A DNA stretch of 64,000 bases from an uncultured Anaerolineales bacterium (lineage in GTDB: Bacteria; Chloroflexota; Anaerolineae; Anaerolineales; UBA6663): the NCBI GenBank assembly GCA_964608265.1, contig CAZSNP010000002.1:41387-105386 (forward strand). Direction: 5' to 3'. A program made the translations under genes and the position numbers. This document shows positions 8,515 to 15,501 of the stretch, one piece after another; the first letter of the stretch is position 1, and the number at the start of each line of letters is the position of its first letter. Below the pieces are notes generated by a model that did not search any database, was not told the origin of the DNA, and worked only from the letters and a program-made list of their open reading frames with translations.

Positions 8515-9960
8515 ATGGCCCCCGCCGTGCTGACGTCCCAATACGAACTCGGCCGCTTCTACGATGAGATGTTCGCGGCCCCGGCTCAGCCGCGCGCGCA
8601 TTACGGTGTGCTGCAAGATTATCTGCGCGGCATGACGGCCGAGTCGTTCGCCCAGCGCCGCCGCATGGCCGATGCGGCCTTCCTCGCGCAGGGCATCACC
8701 TTCACGGTGTATGGGCAGGCGGAGGGCCTCGAGCGCATCTTCCCCTTCGACCTCGTGCCGCGCATCATCCCGCAGGCCGAATGGCAGATGCTCGAGCGCG
8801 GCCTCATCCAGCGCGTCACCGCCCTCAATCACTTTCTGCACGACCTGTATCACGAGCAGCGTATCCTGCGCGCGCAGATCATCCCGAAGGAACTGGCCCT
8901 CAGCGCCACCCACTTCCGGCGCGAGATGGTGGGCCTCAATCCGCCGAAGGGCGTCTATGCCCACATCGTCGGCACCGACATCGTGCGCGGCGACGACGGC
9001 GCGTATTACGTGCTGGAGGACAACCTGCGCTCGCCGTCGGGCGTGAGCTACATGCTCGAAAACCGGCAGGTGATGAAGCGCACCTTCGCCGAGCTGTTCG
9101 CCCGTTACGGGGTCTTGCCCATCGAGCATTACCCGCAGGAACTGCTCAACACGCTGCGCTCGGTCGCGCCGCACGGCTACTCGGATGCGACCGTGGTGCT
9201 GCTCACGCCCGGCCAGCACAACTCGGCCTACTTCGAGCACACCTTCCTCGCGCGGCAGATGGGCATCGAGATAGTCGAGGGCCGCGACCTGGTGGCGCAC
9301 AACAACAAGATCTACATGCGCACCACGCGCGGCCTCAAGCTGGTGGATGTGATCTATCGCCGGATTGACGATGACTTCCTCGACCCGCTGGCCTTTCGCA
9401 AAGACAGCGTGCTGGGAGTGGCCGGCCTGCTCAACGCCTACCGCGCCGGCAACGTCACCCTGGCCAACGCCATCGGCACCGGCGTGGCCGACGACAAGGC
9501 CGTGTACGCCTTCGTGCCCGAGATGATCCGCTACTACCTCGGCGAGGATCCGATCCTCAACAACGTGCCCACATATCTGGGAATGCGGGACTCGGAGCGC
9601 GATCACATCCTGGCCAACCTCGACCAGCTCGTGGTGAAGGCGGTGAACGAGAGCGGGGGCTACGGCATGCTCGTCGGCCCGCATGCCTCGCAGGCCGAGC
9701 GCGAGGCGTTCCGCGAGCGGATCGCCCATAACCCGCGCAACTACATCGCCCAGCCCACCCTCGCCCTCAGCCGGCATCCCACGCTGCTCGAGGACGAGCT
9801 GTACGGTTGCCACATTGACCTGCGCCCGTACATCCTTTACGGCGAGAAGGTCGTGCTCGTGCCCGGCGGCCTGACGCGCGTGGCGCTGCGCAAAGGCTCG
9901 CTCGTCGTCAACTCCTCGCAGGGAGGCGGGAGCAAGGACACGTGGGTGTTGAGGGAATAA
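8515..9960 (+). CDS. circularly permuted type-2 ATP-grasp protein (COG2308 family)
   Basis: 481 aa. N-terminus ...YDEMF...PR.HY and the overall pattern ([53 protein letters not shown]) match this family. It sits in the conserved position before the alpha-E and transglutaminase genes. Confidence 0.85.
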   Translation: MAPAVLTSQYELGRFYDEMFAAPAQPRAHYGVLQDYLRGMTAESFAQRRRMADAAFLAQGITFTVYGQAEGLERIFPFDLVPRIIPQAEWQMLERGLIQRVTALNHFLHDLYHEQRILRAQIIPKELALSATHFRREMVGLNPPKGVYAHIVGTDIVRGDDGAYYVLEDNLRSPSGVSYMLENRQVMKRTFAELFARYGVLPIEHYPQELLNTLRSVAPHGYSDATVVLLTPGQHNSAYFEHTFLARQMGIEIVEGRDLVAHNNKIYMRTTRGLKLVDVIYRRIDDDFLDPLAFRKDSVLGVAGLLNAYRAGNVTLANAIGTGVADDKAVYAFVPEMIRYYLGEDPILNNVPTYLGMRDSERDHILANLDQLVVKAVNESGGYGMLVGPHASQAEREAFRERIAHNPRNYIAQPTLALSRHPTLLEDELYGCHIDLRPYILYGEKVVLVPGGLTRVALRKGSLVVNSSQGGGSKDTWVLRE

Positions 9961-9962
9961 GT

Positions 9963-9977
9963 GTGGAGGGAAGAGGG
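9963..9977. repeat. left arm of 15-bp perfect inverted repeat (inside 44-nt purine tract 9961-10004)
   Basis: GTGGAGGGAAGAGGG is the reverse complement of 10406-10420. Confidence 0.9.
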
Positions 9978-10004
9978 AAGAGGGAGGAGGGAGGAGGGAG
10001 ACGT

Positions 10005-10397
10005 ATGGCAACGATAAAGGACTATCGCGAGTTGCGGGTGTATCAAGTGGCGTTTGAAGCTGCCATCGAGGTATATGAATTGACGAAGACGTTTCCCATT
10101 GAAGAACGCTACAGCCTGACCGATCAAATCCGGCGGGCATCACGTTCTGTGTGCGCCAACATTGCCGAAGCCTGGCGCAAGCGGCGCTATCCGCAGCATT
10201 TCGTCAGCAAGCTCAGCGACGCCGACGCCGAAGCGGCTGAAACAATCGTCTGGCTCGACTTTGCCTTGCGTTTCAACTTCCTTTCGCCCGAACGGCATCA
10301 GGAATTGCAGGGCCGCTACAACCAAATCTGTGCTCAACTCACAGTCATGATGTCGAGCCCTGGGCAGTGGGCCTATAAATCATCCTCACGTTCATAA
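10005..10397 (+). CDS. four-helix-bundle protein (23S rRNA intervening-sequence protein / Avd family, PF05635-like)
   Basis: MATIKDYRELRVYQVAFEAAIEVYELTKTFP.EERYSLTDQIRRASRSVCANIAEAW.. is the family signature. GGAGGGAG SD lies 5 nt upstream of ATG 10005. Confidence 0.85.
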   Translation: MATIKDYRELRVYQVAFEAAIEVYELTKTFPIEERYSLTDQIRRASRSVCANIAEAWRKRRYPQHFVSKLSDADAEAAETIVWLDFALRFNFLSPERHQELQGRYNQICAQLTVMMSSPGQWAYKSSSRS

Positions 10398-10405
10398 TCC
10401 CTCCA

Positions 10406-10420
10406 CCCTCTTCCCTCCAC
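10406..10420. repeat. right arm of 15-bp perfect inverted repeat (inside 30-nt pyrimidine tract 10398-10427)
   Basis: CCCTCTTCCCTCCAC is the reverse complement of 9963-9977. Confidence 0.9.
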
Positions 10421-10427
10421 CCTCCTC

Positions 10428-11417
10428 ATGCTTTCCAGAGTCGCCGAATCCCTCTTCTGGCTGGCCCGCTACATCGAACGGGCGGAGGACATCACGCGCT
10501 TGCTGGCCGTCAACTTCAACGCGCTACTCGACGTGCATCCGCTGGCGGCGCAACGCGGCTGGCAGCCGGTGGTGGCGATGACGGGCGACGAGGCGCTGTT
10601 CGCCGAAGTCTACGGCGCAGCTGACGCGCAGCACGCGATTGAGTTCCTGTTGTGGCATCCCCTCAACCCCAACGCCGTCACCGCCTGCATCACCCGCGCC
10701 CGCGAGAACGCGCGCGGCGTGCGCGAGCAGATCAGCAGCGAGATGTGGGAGCAGCTCAACCGGCTGTATTTCCTGGTGAAGGACGCCGACCGCGCGGCGG
10801 TGCTGCGCAGCCCCAACGAGTTCTTTCAACAGGTGCGCGACGGCTCGCAGGCCTTTCAGGGCATCACGCTGGCGACGATGACGCACAGCGAGCCGTACGA
10901 ATTCATCCGCCTCGGCACGCACCTCGAGCGGGCCGACAAGACCGTGCGCATCCTCGACGCCAGGTACGGCGATGTGCGCGGGCTGGCCGACTCGTCGGCG
11001 GATGCGGCGTTGCAACTCATCGCCCTGCTGCGCTCGTGCAGCGCCTTCGAGCCGTTCCGCCGCGCGCAGGGCTACAGCCTGCAAGCCGACCGGGTGATGG
11101 AGTTCCTGCTGCTCAATCGCGAGTTCCCGCGCGCCGTATTGTTCTGCGTCAACCGCAGCCTGCAATCGCTGGAGATGCTGGGCGAAACCCCGAGCCAACC
11201 GAAGGTGGAGCATCCGCGCCGCGTGCTGGGCCGGTTGAGCGCCGACCTTGAATATCTGGCCATCACGGAAGTGCTGGGTGATGAAATGGGTAAATTCCTC
11301 GACGGGCTCTTGTTGCGCCTCAACGCCGCCGGTGATAGCATCGTGCGCACGTACTTCAACACCAGCGTCATCCTGCCGGACGAGCGACCACGACAACAAC
11401 AGCAACAACAACAGTGA
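10428..11417 (+). CDS. alpha-E domain protein (COG2307 family), poly-Gln C-terminal tail
   Basis: [26 protein letters not shown] is the canonical alpha-E N-terminus. 329 aa, ending QQQQQQQ. Confidence 0.85.
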   Translation: MLSRVAESLFWLARYIERAEDITRLLAVNFNALLDVHPLAAQRGWQPVVAMTGDEALFAEVYGAADAQHAIEFLLWHPLNPNAVTACITRARENARGVREQISSEMWEQLNRLYFLVKDADRAAVLRSPNEFFQQVRDGSQAFQGITLATMTHSEPYEFIRLGTHLERADKTVRILDARYGDVRGLADSSADAALQLIALLRSCSAFEPFRRAQGYSLQADRVMEFLLLNREFPRAVLFCVNRSLQSLEMLGETPSQPKVEHPRRVLGRLSADLEYLAITEVLGDEMGKFLDGLLLRLNAAGDSIVRTYFNTSVILPDERPRQQQQQQQ

Positions 11418-11483
11418 GGAATGAGAAGGGAGAAGAGAGGAGAGAGGAGGGTTTCATCCTCCCTCGTCCCTCCTCCCTCTTTC
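11416..11483. repeat. purine tract / TTTCAT / pyrimidine tract imperfect hairpin between the alpha-E and transglutaminase genes
   Basis: 11416-11451 is almost pure R and 11458-11483 almost pure Y. GGAGG 11446-11450 pairs with CCTCC 11458-11462. Confidence 0.6.
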
Positions 11484-11489
11484 GCACGT

Positions 11490-12284
11490 ATGCACCTGCG
11501 CATCGAGCACACCACCACCTTTACCTACGATCACCCCATCAGCGAGGCGTATACCGAGATGCGGTTGAAGCCGCTGGACGGGGATGGGCAGCGGTGCTCG
11601 CACTTCACCCTGCTGACCGAGCCGCGCGACGAAGTGCTGCAATACACCGACCGCTTCGGCAACGACGTGCGCCACTTCGACGTCATCCAGCCGCACACCA
11701 AACTGATGGTGGCGGCGGTGAGCGAAGTGCAAACGCCCGACGCCTTCGCGCCCGACGGGGCGCCGCTCTCCCCGCTCGATGAGTTCGACTACTTGATGGC
11801 GACGACGTACGCCCCGCTCAGCGGCGATCTGGCGCAGTTCGCCGCCGCGCGCGCGGTCAGCGGCGACCCGGGGGCCACGGCGCTCGCCCTGACGCACGCG
11901 CTGTTCGACTCGCTCAAATACGAAAAGGGCGCGACCGACGTGTACACGACGGCCGACAAAGCCCTCGCGCTTGGGCGCGGCGTGTGCCAGGATTTCGCCC
12001 ACATCCTGCTGGCCGCGTGCCGCAGCCAGGGCATCCCGGCGCGCTACGTCAGCGGCTATCTGTACAACAACGGCCGCACCGCCGCCTCGCACGCCTGGGT
12101 GGATGTGTACGTGGCCGGGCGCGGCTGGCTGTCGCTCGACCCGACGCATAACACGCTGCAAACAAACCATTACGTGCGCGTGGCCGTTGGCCGCGACTAC
12201 GCCGACGTGCCCCCCACGCGCGGCATCTTCAAGGGCAATGCCAAAGAGAAGATGGAGGTGGAAGTGAAAGTGACGGCAACGTGA
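11490..12284 (+). CDS. transglutaminase-like cysteine protease family protein (COG1305)
   Basis: [28 protein letters not shown] (Bact_transglu_N-like) plus the core [29 protein letters not shown]...HAWVDVY...GWLSLDPTH (Cys-His-Asp). Confidence 0.85.
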   Translation: MHLRIEHTTTFTYDHPISEAYTEMRLKPLDGDGQRCSHFTLLTEPRDEVLQYTDRFGNDVRHFDVIQPHTKLMVAAVSEVQTPDAFAPDGAPLSPLDEFDYLMATTYAPLSGDLAQFAAARAVSGDPGATALALTHALFDSLKYEKGATDVYTTADKALALGRGVCQDFAHILLAACRSQGIPARYVSGYLYNNGRTAASHAWVDVYVAGRGWLSLDPTHNTLQTNHYVRVAVGRDYADVPPTRGIFKGNAKEKMEVEVKVTAT

Positions 12285-12286
12285 AG

Positions 12287-12471
12287 CAGGGCATGTGCAA
12301 AGTCCAAGCGATGCCGACGTTTCGCCCTCACCCCTGCCCTCTCCCGCTGGGAGAGGGAGTGATTCGCACCAGTGGAACGCCACTCCCAATCGTCAGGGCC
12401 GGCTCCCCTTCTCCCAGCGGGAGAAGGGGCCGGGGGATGAGGGCGGACTCGGCGACTTTGCACACGCCCTG
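12287..12471. mobile_element. MITE-like element, copy 1 (18-bp TIRs, two internal hairpins)
   Basis: Left end CAGGGCATGTGCAAAGTC (12287-12304) versus the reverse complement of the right end GACTTTGCACACGCCCTG (12454-12471): 17/18. Inner inverted pair CGCCCTCACCCC / GGGGATGAGGGCG. Hairpins CCCTCTCCC-GCTG-GGGAGAGGG and CCCCTTCTCCC-AGC-GGGAGAAGGGG. Confidence 0.65.
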
Positions 12472-12491
12472 CGCCTCCCGCCTCTCAACGC

Positions 12492-12497
12492 TATACT
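12492..12497 (+). promoter_or_regulatory. -10-like box TATACT, 7 nt upstream of priA ATG (leaderless geometry)
   Basis: TATACT TCCCGGC ATG(12505). Confidence 0.35.
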
Positions 12498-12504
12498 TCC
12501 CGGC

Positions 12505-15045
12505 ATGTACGCCGAGATCGCCGTCAACGTCGCCCACCTGAGCGGCACGTTTCACTACGAAATCCCCCGCGACCTTGAAAAACAGTTGCGGGCCGGCCAC
12601 CTCGTCACCGTGCCGTTCAGCGGGCGCGAGGCGCAGGGCGTCGTCGTCGCGTTGAGCGATGAGTCGCCCGTCGACGGCGTTCCCAGGGAACGCGTCAAGC
12701 CCGTCATCGGTCTCGTTGATCCCGAGCCGGCCCTCACCCGCGCGCAGCTCGACCTCGCCTATTGGATCGCGCACACCTACCTCGTCTCACTCATCGACGC
12801 GCTCACCCTCATGCTGCCGCCCGGCCTGAGCAAACAGGCCGAGGTGGTGTATTCGCTCGTGGACGGCGAGCTTGCAGCGGACGCTCCAGCGACGACCGCT
12901 AAAGCGGCCACTACCAACAATCTCCAGTCATCGCTTCTCAATCTTCTGAAAGAACGCGGCGCCCTTCGTTCGCGCCAGCTCGACCGGGCGTTTCCGAAGC
13001 AGAAGTGGCGGCCGGTCGCCGAAGCGCTCGTGCGGCGCGGCGTGCTGAGCAAGCACAGCCGCTTGGAGCCGCCCTCGGTGCATGCCAAGCAAGTGAAGAC
13101 CGCGCGCCTCATCGCCAGCGTGCCGCAGCTCGAGGCGGTGCGCGGCTCGCTCTCGCGCTCGGCAGCCAAGGCCAAACGTTTGCAAGCCGCGCTCGATTTT
13201 CTGGGCCGTGAGGCTAAGCCGGTGGAGGTGCCGTGGGTGTACGCGGCCTCGGGCTGCGACCTGCAGGACCTGCGCGACCTGGCCGAGATGGAACTCGTTG
13301 ACCTGGGCGAGGCCGAGGTGTGGCGCGACCCGCTGGCCGGCAAGGAGTTCGTGCCCGACAGCGCCCCGCCGCTCACCGACGATCAACAGCGTGTGTGGGA
13401 CGCCGTGCGCTCCTCCCTCCACTCCCCCCCTTCCACAATTTTGCTGCACGGCGTCACCGGCTCGGGCAAGACCGAAATTTATCTGCGGGCGCTGGAGGAA
13501 GCGCTGAAGCAGGGCAAGCGCGCGCTGGTGCTTGTGCCCGAGATCGCGCTCACGCCGCAGACGGTGCGCCGGTTCGCCGCGCGCTTCCCCGGCCGCGTGG
13601 CGGTGTGGCACAGTGAACTCGGCGAGGGCGAGCGTTACGACACCTGGCGGCGCGCGCGTTCGGGATTGGTGGACATCGTCATCGGCGCGCGCAGCGCGTT
13701 GTTCGCGCCGCTGCCCGACCTCGGCGTGATCGTGCTGGACGAGGAGCACGACGAGGCCTACAAGCAGGATCCGCCGCAGAGCGTGCCCTATCACGCGCGC
13801 GAGGCGGCGATTGAGTATGCCGGGCAGCTCGGCGCGGTGTGCCTGCTCGGCTCGGCCACGCCGGATGTGGTGACGTTCCATCGCGCGCGGCGCGGCGCGT
13901 ACACCTTGCTCGAACTGCCGCTGCGCATCATGGGCCACGCGCGCAAACTCGAGGAGCAGGCCGAACGGTTCCACGTCGCCTCGCGCTATCACTCGCTCAG
14001 CGCCGAGACGCAGACGATCGATCTGCCGCCGGTCGAGATCGCCGACATGCGACACGAGTTGCGCATGGGCAACACCACGATGTTCAGCCGCAAGCTGCGC
14101 GACTATCTCGAAAACGCCATCGCGCAGAACGAGCAGGCCATCCTGTTCCTCAACCGGCGCGGCACTTCGACGTTTGTGTTCTGTCGCGATTGCGGCGAGG
14201 CGCTCAAGTGCCCGAACTGCGACACCACCCTCACCCATCACGGCTCGGCGCAACAACTGACCTGCCACCACTGCGGCCATCGCCAGCCGCAGCCGGAGCG
14301 TTGCCCGAACTGCCACAGCCCGCGCGTGAAGTTTTTTGGATTGGGCACCGAGAAGCTGGCCGAGGCGGTGACGGCGGAGTTCCCCGGCGCGACGGTGCTG
14401 CGCTGGGATCGCGATGCCACGCGGACGAAGGGCGCGCACGAACTCATCCTGCGCACGTTCAGCACGCAACAGGCCAACGTCCTCGTCGGCACGCAGATGA
14501 TTGCCAAGGGCCTCGATCTGCCGCTGGTGACGCTGGTGGGCGTGATCTCGGCGGATGTCGGGCTCGGGCTGCCCGATTACCGCGCCACCGAGCGGACGTT
14601 TCAATTGCTGACGCAGGTGGCCGGGCGCGCGGGCCGCGGCCTGCTGGGTGGCCGGGTGGTGTTGCAGACCTATCAGCCGGAGCATTACGTGATTCAGGCT
14701 GCGTCACAGCACGATTACGCCGGCTTCTACCAGCGCGAGATCGCCTACCGCAAAGACCTCGGCCTGCCGCCCTTCCGGCGCGTGATGCGGCTGCTCTATC
14801 GCCACGCCGATTACTCGCGGGCCGAGGCCGAGGCCAACGTCGTGGCGGCGCAACTGCGGCTGCGGGTGAAGGATGGCAAGCTGCTGAACACCGACGTCGC
14901 CGGCCCGGCCCCGGCCTTTTTCGGCAAGCTGGCCGGTGAGCATCGCTGGCAGATTATCGTGCGCGGCCCCGACCCGGCCGCCCTGGCGCGCGGGCTGCAA
15001 CTCAAAGGCTGGGTGGTGGATGTGGATCCGTTGAGCACGCTGTAA
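12505..15045 (+). CDS. priA: primosomal replication restart helicase PriA
   Basis: MYAEIAVNVA..GTFHYEIP start. Walker A GVTGSGKTE, DEEHD box, Cys-rich zinc region CRDCGEALKCPNCDTTLTHH...LTCHHCGH...CPNC. The track's upstream 70 codons lie in the MITE and are rejected. Confidence 0.9.
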   Translation: MYAEIAVNVAHLSGTFHYEIPRDLEKQLRAGHLVTVPFSGREAQGVVVALSDESPVDGVPRERVKPVIGLVDPEPALTRAQLDLAYWIAHTYLVSLIDALTLMLPPGLSKQAEVVYSLVDGELAADAPATTAKAATTNNLQSSLLNLLKERGALRSRQLDRAFPKQKWRPVAEALVRRGVLSKHSRLEPPSVHAKQVKTARLIASVPQLEAVRGSLSRSAAKAKRLQAALDFLGREAKPVEVPWVYAASGCDLQDLRDLAEMELVDLGEAEVWRDPLAGKEFVPDSAPPLTDDQQRVWDAVRSSLHSPPSTILLHGVTGSGKTEIYLRALEEALKQGKRALVLVPEIALTPQTVRRFAARFPGRVAVWHSELGEGERYDTWRRARSGLVDIVIGARSALFAPLPDLGVIVLDEEHDEAYKQDPPQSVPYHAREAAIEYAGQLGAVCLLGSATPDVVTFHRARRGAYTLLELPLRIMGHARKLEEQAERFHVASRYHSLSAETQTIDLPPVEIADMRHELRMGNTTMFSRKLRDYLENAIAQNEQAILFLNRRGTSTFVFCRDCGEALKCPNCDTTLTHHGSAQQLTCHHCGHRQPQPERCPNCHSPRVKFFGLGTEKLAEAVTAEFPGATVLRWDRDATRTKGAHELILRTFSTQQANVLVGTQMIAKGLDLPLVTLVGVISADVGLGLPDYRATERTFQLLTQVAGRAGRGLLGGRVVLQTYQPEHYVIQAASQHDYAGFYQREIAYRKDLGLPPFRRVMRLLYRHADYSRAEAEANVVAAQLRLRVKDGKLLNTDVAGPAPAFFGKLAGEHRWQIIVRGPDPAALARGLQLKGWVVDVDPLSTL

Positions 15046-15374
15046 TGCGCCTCGTCTTCACCTTCATCGGTGGGAGCGGGGAGCCGTTGTTCCACAAGCG
15101 CGCGGCGGAATGGATCGCTCAGGCCAGGGCGCTCGGCGCCCGGATGGAGCCGATCACCAACGGCACGCTGCTGGCCGAGCAGACGGTGCGCGAGCTGGTG
15201 GAGGCCCGCCTCGATCCGTGGTGGGCGTCCATTGACGGCGCCACCCCCCGGTTGAGGCCGCATTGCCCGCGACAGCCCATAACCCGGGCCGAGCGGCGAA
15301 CGTTCGTGATCGCGCGAGAGGAACCATCCCAACCGTTCCCATCTTCTCCTCACATCGTCTCGGATTTACCATAG
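15045..15374 (+). pseudogene. radical-SAM enzyme remnant (internal fragment lacking the CxxxCxxC N-terminus)
   Basis: RLVFTFIGGSGEPLFHKRAAEWIAQARALGARMEPITNGTLLAEQTVRELVEARLDPWWASIDGATP matches the GGEPL...TNGTLL...SIDG core only. It starts inside the priA stop (TAATG) and sense is lost after a C-run near 15247. Confidence 0.55.
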
Positions 15375-15501
15375 ATTTACGGATTTCAGCAGCACGCTTT
15401 CAAAATACAATTGCGACGTTGGCGCAGGTCGGTATAGGAGTCAGTATCCGTCTTCAGCTAACTCAGGCATCGGGCCTGTGTTTCCGTACTCGGAGGACAC
15501 T

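Noticed and set aside
11391-11414. (CAA/CAG)7 tract giving a poly-Gln tail on the alpha-E protein as a phase-variation switch
   Set aside because: Unit changes in a trinucleotide repeat keep the frame, and the tract lies at the very C-terminus. It is probably neutral low complexity, so it is noted only in the feature evidence.
9942-12284. Diversity-generating retroelement (DGR) around the Avd-like four-helix-bundle gene
   Set aside because: No reverse transcriptase ORF is present anywhere nearby, and I could find no ~100-bp template/variable repeat pair differing at A positions. The 4HB gene therefore appears stand-alone.
12295-12504. N-terminal 70-codon extension of priA (MQSPSDADVSPSPLPSPAGRGSD...)
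   Set aside because: It is entirely encoded by the MITE copy (hairpins CCCTCTCCC/GGGAGAGGG give the PSP..GRG peptides). The canonical PriA N-terminus MYAEIAV.. starts at 12505 and has a -10 box 7 nt upstream.
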